DNA from: a virus
Taxonomy: Duplodnaviria > Heunggongvirae > Uroviricota > Caudoviricetes
Reading direction: 5' to 3' (one strand)
IMG/VR virus record: IMGVR_UViG_3300029650_000167
Length of the DNA stretch: 38,587 nucleotides
Of this stretch, positions 18,679 through 26,843 are shown in pieces. A model generated the notes under the pieces. That model made no database searches, was not told the DNA's origin, and saw nothing but the letters and a program-made list of their open reading frames with translations. How positions within the stretch are numbered: the first letter of the stretch is position 1; every line of letters begins with the position of its first letter. The position numbers were made by a program, and so were the translations under genes.

Positions 18679-18696
18679 AAGGGGCCGAAGCCCCTT
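18679..18696 (-). terminator. GC-rich hairpin with UUCG loop, terminator/attenuator-like
   Basis: Minus-strand transcript reads AAGGGGC-UUCG-GCCCCUU followed by UAUUG; lies between two structural genes. Confidence 0.4.
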
Positions 18697-18712
18697 GTCT
18701 GATTCGCGAGGC

Positions 18713-19048
18713 TTACACGCCCAGTTCTTTACGCTTATCTGCGATCTTCTCGCGGAGCGTTTCGGCTTTAGCGTTATGGTGTGGCTTCTCGTTAAAGAGC
18801 AATTCGTACTCTTCACGGAGCTTATCCAGTTCACCATCATCTGACACATCGTTGATGATTTTGGTGCTGGTTGCTGCCATTGACACCTTTCCTGCAACTT
18901 TTGCTTTTGCCTGTCTGGCTGCATCGTTAACAGGTTCCAGTGCGCTACCAGGCTCACCTTCGTATTCGATTTCTGCCCCCTCCGGCCACAGAGTGTTATG
19001 GATATGAGAGAGGCGCAGAACGCGGTATCTTGGTTTCTCACCTGACAT
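18713..19048 (-). CDS. small virion protein (possible capsid accessory)
   Basis: About 111 aa from ATG 19048 with SD AGGTGA; charged, coiled-coil-like C-terminus. Confidence 0.4.
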   Translation of the reverse strand: MSGEKPRYRVLRLSHIHNTLWPEGAEIEYEGEPGSALEPVNDAARQAKAKVAGKVSMAATSTKIINDVSDDGELDKLREEYELLFNEKPHHNAKAETLREKIADKRKELGV

Positions 19049-19058
19049 CGATATCACC

Positions 19059-19496
19059 TTAACCAGTTACTTTTGAGCGGATCGGATACGGCGTATTGGC
19101 ATCAACATCAAGACTGATACCAGCAGTGAATTCGCCAGCCGTTAGTGGGCCAGTTGCGACGGAGTAGTTAACACGCAGATATCGCTGAACACCGGCAGGC
19201 ACCTTTGCAGAAACAACTCGTTTACCTGCTGTCAGGGTAGCCTTTGCCAGTGCGCCACTATCATAAATAGTGGACCATGAGCTGTTATTCTCACTCGTCT
19301 GCAACTGGATGTTTACAGTTGCCTCACCACTTGCCGTGGCGGCTTCGTTAACCAGCACCCAAAACTCAAGCGGATAACCCACGCCGATATCGCGACGGTT
19401 TCCATCAATTGGACCGAGATCGATTACGTCAGTAGAAGCCGCGGTATTCGTAACCGCCTGAGCTTCGGAGAACATCAACAGTTTGTCGGTGATCAT
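19059..19496 (-). CDS. capsid decoration/auxiliary protein (putative)
   Basis: 145 aa, Thr/Ser/Ala-rich beta-like sequence directly after the major capsid gene; SD GGAG. Confidence 0.4.
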   Translation of the reverse strand: MITDKLLMFSEAQAVTNTAASTDVIDLGPIDGNRRDIGVGYPLEFWVLVNEAATASGEATVNIQLQTSENNSSWSTIYDSGALAKATLTAGKRVVSAKVPAGVQRYLRVNYSVATGPLTAGEFTAGISLDVDANTPYPIRSKVTG

Positions 19497-19511
19497 CTTC
19501 TTTCTCCATTA

Positions 19512-19531
19512 GTGGGTCTGTTACGACCCAC
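19512..19531 (-). other. intergenic stem-loop after major capsid gene
   Basis: GTGGGTC-N6-GACCCAC 7-bp stem between capsid stop and the next RBS. Confidence 0.35.
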
Positions 19532-19547
19532 AGGTTAATAACAGGCG

Positions 19548-20540
19548 TTACACCACGCGGGCTTCTGTTTCCAGAAGCGCATCAGTTTCACGGATTGGTA
19601 CACCACGGAATGACGTCCACCACTCGCCTTCAGTCTCTTTTACGCTAATCGCCAGAGATGTTTTCTCCAGAGACTGCAAATCAAGAGCCTGGCCTACAGT
19701 GCGGTTCATGTAGAACACCGGGCGACCCATGCCACGGTTTGGAATGCGATGCAGTGCTTTAACCATCAACTTCGCAATATTTGCGGCAGAGGAAGGTTCT
19801 GAAAGATTGCTGACATCGATGTTTGCAATGCGAACAACATAACGCCAGTCACGCAGAGCAAGTCCGTTGTCCCATTTGTAATGGGTACGGTAGCCTTCGT
19901 ACTTGCCGCCATTAGCATCTTCCAGTGTCACCTGGCCTTTATCTTCCATCTGAATGCCAGCCTTCTGCCCTTTCGGGAAGATGCCATGCACGGTGTTTTC
20001 GCCCCACACCACTAACCAGATTGAGGTGTTATCTGTACCCGTGCCACCAGCATCAATGATGTTCTGAGCATTACCTGCAGACAGGCTGGAATAGCGGGAG
20101 GACAGTCCCATAAACTGCTGAGGGTTAACGCTGGAATCACCATAAAACAGCGTCTGCGCCATCTGCTGATTCATCGCTTCAATAAATGCGCGGTCTTCAG
20201 ACAGGCGGAATTCGGCGGTATTGCCGTTCAGATCAGCCAGTGACTTATCGACTTCAGCATAGGTTTCCAGCATGCCAACGGAATCGGTTACCTGCACTGT
20301 GGTTGATTTGCTTGGCTGTACGCCATAGTTCAGCAAACGCCAGGTAGCTGAAGGTAAACCAGAACGAATGGTGGTTCGGTGTCCGGTAGGAAGGTTCCCT
20401 TCGACAAAAGGCATATCCTGAAGGATCGGGTTAGTTTGACCGAGAAGCTCGATAATCTTATCGACTTTCCCGTTTGGATCGACGCGCTTACCCCAGTCAG
20501 CCAGCGTTAGCGCAGTTAAGCCTTTAACAGCCATTGTCAT
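19548..20540 (-). CDS. major capsid protein
   Basis: 330 aa, directly after the scaffold gene and before decoration-like genes; size and position typical of a podovirus major capsid protein. Confidence 0.7.
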   Translation of the reverse strand: MTMAVKGLTALTLADWGKRVDPNGKVDKIIELLGQTNPILQDMPFVEGNLPTGHRTTIRSGLPSATWRLLNYGVQPSKSTTVQVTDSVGMLETYAEVDKSLADLNGNTAEFRLSEDRAFIEAMNQQMAQTLFYGDSSVNPQQFMGLSSRYSSLSAGNAQNIIDAGGTGTDNTSIWLVVWGENTVHGIFPKGQKAGIQMEDKGQVTLEDANGGKYEGYRTHYKWDNGLALRDWRYVVRIANIDVSNLSEPSSAANIAKLMVKALHRIPNRGMGRPVFYMNRTVGQALDLQSLEKTSLAISVKETEGEWWTSFRGVPIRETDALLETEARVV

Positions 20541-20548
20541 TTCCTCTC

Positions 20549-21244
20549 TTAGTTGCCATAGAGCACTTCGGCCGCACTACGCTGGCCTTCATTACCACCG
20601 GTGACCATGCCATCTTCAGACATCGCCTTTCCGATTTTCACGAACGTTTTGACCAGATCAGGGTGATTACCCAGCCCGGTGGTGTTCAGATATTCTTTGA
20701 GTTCAGGTGTCCCGAACTGGTCAAGCGCACGCTGTGCGGCGCTAAGGTTAGAAATCAACTTGTCGCCACCGATTTCTTTGTCAGCTTTTACATCCGCAGC
20801 CCACTGCTCGGTTGTTTTCTGCCAGGCTTCTACCTGGCGCTGCTGAACACCTGCCAGAATCTTCGGATAAGCATCAACCAGCTTTTGCGCTTGCTCGTTG
20901 GTCAGGTTTAGTTCTCGCGCCACCGGCTCGAATTCCTTCAACGCTTCTGTATCCAGCTCTACGCCTTCGGCAGCCTGAAACTCGTACTTCTCAGGCGCAC
21001 CCTCTGGTTTATCGCCGTCCTTTTTTTCATCCTGCTTATCGTTTTCAGGATTTTTGTCATCAGCAGGTTTATCGCCATCAGCAACAGGTTGTGACTTATC
21101 ACCTTCCGGTTGTGATGGATCACCAACTGGAGCATGGTTATCACCTGCAGGCGCTGACGGTTCTGACGCAGCCGGAGCTGCTCCACCATCGACTGGTTGC
21201 TCATTGCAAAGACGGCGATACAGCAAACGCTCAAATAAATTCAT
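20549..21244 (-). CDS. scaffolding protein
   Basis: About 231 aa from ATG 21244 with SD AGGAG; highly acidic low-complexity N-terminal half (Asp/Glu/Lys/Pro-rich), helical C-terminal half. Confidence 0.55.
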   Translation of the reverse strand: MNLFERLLYRRLCNEQPVDGGAAPAASEPSAPAGDNHAPVGDPSQPEGDKSQPVADGDKPADDKNPENDKQDEKKDGDKPEGAPEKYEFQAAEGVELDTEALKEFEPVARELNLTNEQAQKLVDAYPKILAGVQQRQVEAWQKTTEQWAADVKADKEIGGDKLISNLSAAQRALDQFGTPELKEYLNTTGLGNHPDLVKTFVKIGKAMSEDGMVTGGNEGQRSAAEVLYGN

Positions 21245-21246
21245 GA

Positions 21247-21543
21247 TCACTCCTGTTCACTGGCCTCTTTGGCCATCTTCAAATACTGTTCAGGGCAATG
21301 CGCCATAACGCGCTGAAACAGTTCCAGCGCCAGATTGCGTTGCCCCTCATTAAATGCCATTGCCATAGCGTCCATCGGTGAGATAGCGGAAAACACACGG
21401 CCTTTCTCCAGCACCGACCAGACAACGCGACGCCCCTGTTCACTGCTCATGACAAAGCGAATGTCATCAATTTCACGCTGCGCCATGTCACGTTGCTTAC
21501 GGGCGTTTTCTTCTTTCAGTTGATCGTCTTCGTAATCTGTCAT
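21247..21543 (-). CDS. hypothetical head-morphogenesis protein
   Basis: 98 aa, ATGA-coupled to the portal stop. Confidence 0.4.
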   Translation of the reverse strand: MTDYEDDQLKEENARKQRDMAQREIDDIRFVMSSEQGRRVVWSVLEKGRVFSAISPMDAMAMAFNEGQRNLALELFQRVMAHCPEQYLKMAKEASEQE

Positions 21544-23219
21544 TGTGATTGCCCACCCTGACCACTAACTGCATTCGCCATAGCTGACAACACACTCGGA
21601 TCCGAAGTTTTAGCTTCGCTTAGCGTCTTGGCCCCCTGTGCCGCCGCCATCCCCATCGCCATCATTTGTTGCTGCTGTTGTTGCTGTGCCCGTTGCTGGC
21701 GAGCCTGCTCAACCTGTTCCTGCGGAACAATGACGGTTGGAGACACTCCGGACATATCAGCGAATGCATCGATCGCCTGATCAACATTGAGTTTGTCGAG
21801 AGCTTCTGGTTTCGCTTGCGCAAGTTGACCAATGAAGTTGACCGTAGACGCCAGACTGGACAGGCCGATAGACTTCTGCGCCTGAGCCATGACAGAAATG
21901 TATTCGACCTTCAGGGGCATACCTTCCATCGCGTCAGGCGGTGGCGGCAGCATGTTTTTACGCACCATCATCGAGAAAGCGCGGTCAATGAGAGGATTAA
22001 GACATTCGTCGTTCAGACGCTCCAGAACCGGCCCCAACATCAGAAGTTTTTCTTCTTTCATTTCGATCACCGCTTCAACAGGCATCGAGCGGGTATTGAT
22101 GTTCTGCAACATCATGAACAGATCGACAAAGTAGGCGCTGTTAATGATTTGGCGGGTGTCCTGAATGTCTGCTACCAGATCTGCTGTACTGGGGTTAACC
22201 AGATAAGCAGGCCTGAAACCATCCTGACCAGTAATCTGATCGATATACGTGATGTCGCCAGGAAGAAGGGAGGCGCGCTGATTCTTGAGGGAAGTCGGAG
22301 CAACCATCGGCGGATTGGTGGCTTTATCAATCAACTGCGACTTGCGCTTCTGGAGAAGCTGCAATGCCTTAACAGGTCCAAGCGCCAGCATACCCGGGCA
22401 TGATGATCCATAAACATCTTCGCCGTTAACTTCCCAGCGCGGAGCCATAATTGGAAACTCATCGAATCCGGACTCACGCAACAACTTGTCGTTATCGCCA
22501 CCAACCTCGTAATAAACCGATTTGAATGGCTTGTTCTTGCTATCCAGCTTCGATGTATCGCGGTCAATGTTCGGGTAAACCGAATGCATCACTTCAATCC
22601 ACTTCTCGTAGGTGCCGCTTTCCCACATGCTTTTTACGGATTCGCTGACGTTATTTAGCCCGAACTCCTGAACAAGCTGACGAACAGTCATAGAGAACTT
22701 GCGAAAACAGGTGTCCACACTGCCACGAGGTGAGTTAGCTAGGTAGTAACTGCCTATCGGGAATGGCATTGTGCGAATGATGTCCTCGTCATCCTCCAGC
22801 ACTGCCATTGCACCAGTGCTGTATGTGCCGAGGCTTCCGTATAACTGCGGCAGAGACTGATAGAGATTCGACTTATTGAACATATCGTTCATGCGGTTCT
22901 GCACCGCCTCAAGCCACAACTTAACAGGGCCATAATCCATCATTTCAGGATCTGGCGTAGCCAGGCGAAACCACGGACGCGCGGGGCTTGTGATGCCTGA
23001 CATCATGCCGCTGGCGAGAGTGCGCGCCGCCATAGTCCCGGTCGAATCAATAATGCGTGTATTGCGTCGATCGTTACGGTTGACCTCAGAAGTCAGAAAG
23101 CGGGAACCACGTGGGTTGATGTAATCACTCAACTCGCGCCAGTGCGGCTCGAACGACTGACGCTCGCTTTCAAGTTGTGCGAACTGTTTGTTCAATCGCT
23201 CTTTAGTTGTTTCCGCCAT
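21540..23219 (-). CDS. portal protein
   Basis: 559 aa directly downstream of terminase in the late operon; Gln-rich C-terminal tail. Confidence 0.7.
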   Translation of the reverse strand: MAETTKERLNKQFAQLESERQSFEPHWRELSDYINPRGSRFLTSEVNRNDRRNTRIIDSTGTMAARTLASGMMSGITSPARPWFRLATPDPEMMDYGPVKLWLEAVQNRMNDMFNKSNLYQSLPQLYGSLGTYSTGAMAVLEDDEDIIRTMPFPIGSYYLANSPRGSVDTCFRKFSMTVRQLVQEFGLNNVSESVKSMWESGTYEKWIEVMHSVYPNIDRDTSKLDSKNKPFKSVYYEVGGDNDKLLRESGFDEFPIMAPRWEVNGEDVYGSSCPGMLALGPVKALQLLQKRKSQLIDKATNPPMVAPTSLKNQRASLLPGDITYIDQITGQDGFRPAYLVNPSTADLVADIQDTRQIINSAYFVDLFMMLQNINTRSMPVEAVIEMKEEKLLMLGPVLERLNDECLNPLIDRAFSMMVRKNMLPPPPDAMEGMPLKVEYISVMAQAQKSIGLSSLASTVNFIGQLAQAKPEALDKLNVDQAIDAFADMSGVSPTVIVPQEQVEQARQQRAQQQQQQQMMAMGMAAAQGAKTLSEAKTSDPSVLSAMANAVSGQGGQSQ

Positions 23220-23233
23220 TTCAATGACTCCGG

Positions 23234-23440
23234 TTACTGACCAAGCAGCGTTTTACCGCTGGTCTTAGCGGTTGATGTGTCGCCCTGAGAACCGGTAAGC
23301 AGCGTAGAACTACGACCAGCAGCAGCGCGACGGCGACGAGTTTCTTCGTCGCGGGCATCAACAACGGCGGCATCCTGCTCCTGTGGTGCTGCCTGAACTT
23401 CTGGTGTTGCAGGCACTGATGGTGAGCTACCCATGCACAT
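23234..23440 (-). CDS. small Ser/Thr/Ala-rich protein upstream of portal
   Basis: 68 aa with SD GGAG 8 nt upstream; low complexity. Confidence 0.3.
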   Translation of the reverse strand: MCMGSSPSVPATPEVQAAPQEQDAAVVDARDEETRRRRAAAGRSSTLLTGSQGDTSTAKTSGKTLLGQ

Positions 23441-23508
23441 ATCAATGACTCCGTACGCAATTAAATTATTACCAATTTAACCATATATGATTTATTTATC
23501 GTAGATAG

Positions 23509-23545
23509 TTGACATTTAACGCGCGAATTATTACCTTTCAGGTAA
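23509..23545 (+). promoter_or_regulatory. promoter (-35 TTGACA) with overlapping operator palindrome TTACC-TTTCA-GGTAA
   Basis: Consensus TTGACA at 23509-23514, 16 bp later the perfect operator motif (23531-23545) occupies the -10/+1 region; points toward the tRNA. Confidence 0.5.
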
Positions 23546-23867
23546 CTAAAGAGTTCATTCCGGTTACTAACCTGACTGGCCTGTCGTTAAATTGAACAGG
23601 TGGAGTGAGCTTTTATTTTGAGCAGTACGGCGTATGGCACATGCGACGATAGCGGTCTGGATACGTTTAAGTGGCACCCTCCCTTGCTCGGGCAAACGAA
23701 CCAGGTAGCCGGAATGTGCAAGTCGAGCGGTTTTATTCCGCGCACGGGGATTCACCATCCCGGCGATTCGGTGTGACGCCTCGGAAGAGACGAGGGTACA
23801 ACGATGAGAGCATTTATGGAGCCGCGACAAAGTGTGGCGCCTTAACAGGCTAAGTGCTCTCAGCGTT

Positions 23868-23944
23868 GTGGCATTAGCTCAGTTGGACAGAGCAACCGCC
23901 TTCTAAGCGGTTGGTCGCAGGTTCGAATCCTGCATGCCACGCCA
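23868..23944 (+). tRNA. tRNA-Arg (anticodon UCU, reads AGA)
   Basis: Hand-folded cloverleaf: acceptor GTGGCAT/ATGCCAC, D-arm GCTC/GAGC, anticodon stem ACCGC/GCGGT with loop CTTCTAA, T-arm GCAGG-TTCGAAT-CCTGC, discriminator G and encoded CCA. Confidence 0.85.
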
Positions 23945-23987
23945 GAATCACGCCTAAGGACCGTGATACCAGAAGTTCCAGGTGCTT

Positions 23988-24029
23988 GGCGGTGATAGTT
24001 TCCCTTGAAGGACTATCACCGCCCTTTTT
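23988..24029 (+). terminator. rho-independent terminator after tRNA
   Basis: 12-bp stem GGCGGTGATAGT/ACTATCACCGCC followed by CTTTTT. Confidence 0.75.
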
Positions 24030-24107
24030 ACAGCAGGACGCCATTGCGATGACTTCATGCTGTAAACCCGTACAGCCACGGAAGGCATAACTCATTGCTT
24101 CCAGTTC

Positions 24108-24131
24108 GCCCGGTTCGCCGGGCATTTTTTT
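24108..24131 (+). terminator. second rho-independent terminator/attenuator
   Basis: GCCCGG-TTCG-CCGGGC hairpin followed by seven T, ending 11 nt before the SD of ORF 24143. Confidence 0.65.
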
Positions 24132-24142
24132 AAGGTGAGATC

Positions 24143-24562
24143 ATGAAGACAATTGATATGTTGGCTAAGTATCTAAATGAATGGCCATTAAAATATTCTC
24201 GTATCGTTCAGGCTGAAGACTGCATTTTTTATGGCGTTTTTGCTGATAATGAAATGCATTACGAAGTAATTCAGAGTGAGGGACTGGCCGGGTTAACTCT
24301 TAGCGAAGACCATGGTACTAGCGTTACGTTCCATGACTGGATAACAGCACAACGTTCTGAAATGGAAAAAGGCGATGTGTTTGATATTTCTCGCGCTGTT
24401 TACGCTAAAGCAAAAAGTGATAATGATTACATGAGCGAACACTTATACAACATGAAGTTACAATGCCTGCATGCGGCGCTTATTCAGAATGGGCACTTCG
24501 ATAAAACAAGTGCCATCAATATTGCGGAAGCCATCAACGCTGGATTTAATGCCATTAAATAA
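24143..24562 (+). CDS. hypothetical protein, AT-rich orphan moron
   Basis: 139 aa with SD AAGGTGAG; opposite orientation to flanking terminase/portal genes; low GC. Confidence 0.5.
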   Translation: MKTIDMLAKYLNEWPLKYSRIVQAEDCIFYGVFADNEMHYEVIQSEGLAGLTLSEDHGTSVTFHDWITAQRSEMEKGDVFDISRAVYAKAKSDNDYMSEHLYNMKLQCLHAALIQNGHFDKTSAINIAEAINAGFNAIK

Positions 24563-24566
24563 CACC

Positions 24567-24578
24567 GTGACATGTCAC
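24567..24578. other. perfect 12-bp palindrome GTGACATGTCAC (copy 2 of 3)
   Basis: 5 nt after the stop of ORF 24143-24562 and before its terminator. Confidence 0.5.
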
Positions 24579-24582
24579 AAAC

Positions 24583-24609
24583 AGCCAGCCGATGAGCTGG
24601 CTTTGTTTT
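24583..24609 (+). terminator. rho-independent terminator
   Basis: AGCCAGC-N6-GCTGGCT hairpin followed by TTGTTTT. Confidence 0.65.
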
Positions 24610-24652
24610 ATCCTCATCAGAGGATATCAACGACATTATCCCCACCAGCGGA

Positions 24653-26128
24653 TTAAGCATAGGGATCGTAATCTGTGATGGCCTTGCCTTGCTGGTTCTG
24701 CTGCCCGGGAATTCGCAGACGCTTCGACACAGGGAAAGCAAACGTCAGCAGTAGCGCATCGCCTTTACCCGGCGAACGCCCAAGTCGTTCTTTGATATCT
24801 TCCTTCGGTTCGATAACGATTTTACCGTCCACGCGAACTTTGTACTCTGCCGCCGACAGATCGTCCGCTGTTTCCTGGTCATCCAGCATCCCGCCCAACC
24901 TCAGCCATGTCTTGCATGAGTTGAACATCTCCCCGCGCTTGTTGAGCATCTGAGGGTCAGTTGACGCACCACCGAACGGAACAAGTTGCCATGTGCGCCC
25001 CCAGCCGTCACCGATTGACTTCAGACCGGTTCCGTAACCGAAGTCGATGAACACCGCGTCAGCCTGATACTGGTCTTCAAAGTCAGCGATACGCTTCGCC
25101 ATAATCAGATCGTCAGTGGTCTTGTTGCCAGTCCATAGCACCTTACTATGCAACCCCTGCCGCAGGTATATCACCGCGTCATCAACGCCTGAATATGCCG
25201 GGTCAACACCGATTATCACCGGAGCATGAGCCACCTGCGCAGCGGTTACCACCCGTTTCATTGCCTCATCAGTAAGACCGGTAGGGATAAACTGCAATTC
25301 AGATGCATCAGGGAATATGCCGCGCACACGGATTTTAACGAAGTCGCTGTCTTCCCCGTAGTCATCAACCCATTTCTGCAACTGCTGTTTGTTAGTACCT
25401 TCCACCGTCCGGCTGTCAATCTGCGCAGTTTTCCAGCGGTGTTTGTATTTGCGGAAACATTCGCGAAAACGCCCGGTATTACGTGTAGGGTTTCCGAACG
25501 CCACCCAGATAATCTCAGTGTCTTCGTCCGTAAGCGCACCCTCAGCAACTTCCCACACCAGATCCGCAATGTTCGACGCTTCATCGAATACCACGATGAT
25601 GCGTTTGCGCTCGTTGTGTAGTCCGGCGAATGCCTCAGTGTTGTGCTCAGACCAGGGGATTGCGTCAGCTCGCCACCGCTTGTCGTGCCCAGGATCATTG
25701 CTGTACATCGCGGTAGCGGTACAGGTAAACCAGTCTTTCGTGATGGCAAGGTTCGACCACTTGATAATTTCCGGCCAGGTCTTCGTTCGTAGCTGGTTGT
25801 CGGTGTTGGCGGTCACCACAACCTTACAATCCTCGCAAGTGGACATGCCCCAGTTGATCAGCATTGAGATGAATGCGGATTTACCAATACCATGACCAGA
25901 AGCACGTGCCAGCATAAGCGGCTGATAGCGCGTCTCTGGATTCTGCAGGTGATCACGTATCTCTCGGAACGCATCAGCCTGCCACTTACGTGGACCGGTG
26001 GCATGTGCTAATTCAGTCCCCTCTTCCCCCCACGGGAACGCATAGAGGGCATAGCCAAGCGGATCGTGAGTGAACCCTGCAATATCCTCGATCAACTGCT
26101 CTTCAGGAGATAACGCTGTATCTGTCAC
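24653..26128 (-). CDS. terminase large subunit
   Basis: 491 aa with Walker A-like GHGIGKS near the N-terminus and acidic nuclease-like C-terminal region; GTG start overlapping the small-subunit stop. Confidence 0.85.
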   Translation of the reverse strand: MTDTALSPEEQLIEDIAGFTHDPLGYALYAFPWGEEGTELAHATGPRKWQADAFREIRDHLQNPETRYQPLMLARASGHGIGKSAFISMLINWGMSTCEDCKVVVTANTDNQLRTKTWPEIIKWSNLAITKDWFTCTATAMYSNDPGHDKRWRADAIPWSEHNTEAFAGLHNERKRIIVVFDEASNIADLVWEVAEGALTDEDTEIIWVAFGNPTRNTGRFRECFRKYKHRWKTAQIDSRTVEGTNKQQLQKWVDDYGEDSDFVKIRVRGIFPDASELQFIPTGLTDEAMKRVVTAAQVAHAPVIIGVDPAYSGVDDAVIYLRQGLHSKVLWTGNKTTDDLIMAKRIADFEDQYQADAVFIDFGYGTGLKSIGDGWGRTWQLVPFGGASTDPQMLNKRGEMFNSCKTWLRLGGMLDDQETADDLSAAEYKVRVDGKIVIEPKEDIKERLGRSPGKGDALLLTFAFPVSKRLRIPGQQNQQGKAITDYDPYA

Positions 26129-26721
26129 TGATTACCATCCTGACGTTCTTTGAGTCGCTTCCTGGCTGCTGCTATGCGATCAGCAATTGTCACATTCACA
26201 TTAACATCCAGACGTTCTTTGAACGCGTTGACATCAACATGCTTACCAATCAGTTCTAGGTTCTTCACCTTGTCAGGCCATTTAATTTTTTTGAGGATTG
26301 TCTCTATCGAATCCTCGTTCATGTTCATGATGGTCGATGACAGATCAAAGCCACTAAGCGTAGTGCGCCAGATTTTCGGCCACTCACGGATTGGTTTAAG
26401 GCTCCCATCGTCGTTGAGGATGTCGATCACGTCCATCTGGTCGATCTCCACCAGGCGCATGAGAACGTAATCAGCACTGACGCGCATTCGTTTGTTGCGC
26501 TCCTCCATCAACTCGGCAATCCGTTTTTGAATGCGTTCATCGCGCATCATGACGCTGGCTTTAACTGCCGCTGTATTTGGGGAGAATCCTGCGTTAATCG
26601 CAGCCTGAGTCTGGTTTTCAGGCGTTTTGATGTATGACTGGCAATAAGCCTCCTGCATTGCTGTGAGCGGCTTAAATTGCGTTGATTTGCGTTTATAGGT
26701 TTTAGGTTCAGCAGGCATCAT
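26125..26721 (-). CDS. terminase small subunit
   Basis: About 198 aa from ATG 26721 (SD GGTGG); basic N-terminal region; the track ORF start at 26799 would translate the operator and terminator region. Confidence 0.6.
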   Translation of the reverse strand: MMPAEPKTYKRKSTQFKPLTAMQEAYCQSYIKTPENQTQAAINAGFSPNTAAVKASVMMRDERIQKRIAELMEERNKRMRVSADYVLMRLVEIDQMDVIDILNDDGSLKPIREWPKIWRTTLSGFDLSSTIMNMNEDSIETILKKIKWPDKVKNLELIGKHVDVNAFKERLDVNVNVTIADRIAAARKRLKERQDGNQ

Positions 26722-26738
26722 AACCACCGTGGTAATTG

Positions 26739-26753
26739 TTACCGTTGTGGTAA
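26739..26753. promoter_or_regulatory. operator-like palindrome TTACC-GTTGT-GGTAA upstream of terS
   Basis: Perfect motif 18 bp upstream of the terS start, flanked by additional GGTAA/TACC half-sites. Confidence 0.5.
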
Positions 26754-26760
26754 TAATACC

Positions 26761-26790
26761 ATGCAAAATAAAGCCGCCATAGTTGGCGGC
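26761..26790 (-). terminator. rho-independent terminator between early-left operon and late operon
   Basis: On the minus strand GCCGCC-AACTAT-GGCGGC followed by TTTATTTTG. Confidence 0.55.
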
Positions 26791-26831
26791 AGTATTCAAA
26801 CCCCATCAAATTCATCATGCATAATCTACTC

Positions 26832-26843
26832 GTGACATGTCAC
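26832..26843. other. perfect 12-bp palindrome GTGACATGTCAC (copy 3 of 3)
   Basis: Overlaps the TGA stop of ORF 26840-27181, about 90 bp upstream of the late operon. Confidence 0.5.

Noticed and set aside
21555-21700. CAG/CAA-rich microsatellite-like stretch near the portal 3' end
   Set aside because: It simply encodes the poly-Gln C-terminal tail of the portal protein; no evidence of instability.
21666-22403. Long antisense ORFs inside large genes (e.g. 21666-22403 in portal, 12168-12500 and 13583-14200 in the 862-aa gene, 17291-17980, 29535-30314, 37946-38494 in integrase)
   Set aside because: All lie opposite well-supported, translationally coupled genes, lack an RBS and have low-complexity composition; typical shadow ORFs.
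23567-23853. Two short ORFs (87 aa minus, 60 aa plus) upstream of the tRNA
   Set aside because: Arg/Ser-rich biased translations, no RBS, mutually overlapping; region is better explained as a non-coding leader.
23897-23911. Possibility that the tRNA is an amber suppressor (anticodon CUA)
   Set aside because: Careful folding places the 7-nt anticodon loop as CTTCTAA, so the anticodon is UCU (Arg, reads AGA); the CTA string is out of register.
23874-24125. 83-aa minus-strand ORF from the six-frame track
   Set aside because: Overlaps the tRNA-Arg and both terminators on the opposite strand; no RBS; composition is dictated by the RNA structures.
26722-26799. Track ORF start at 26799 for the small terminase (N-terminal extension NYGGFILHGIITTTVTITTVV)
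   Set aside because: The extension is the translation of the operator and terminator sequences; the ATG at 26721 with SD GGTGG is the more plausible start.
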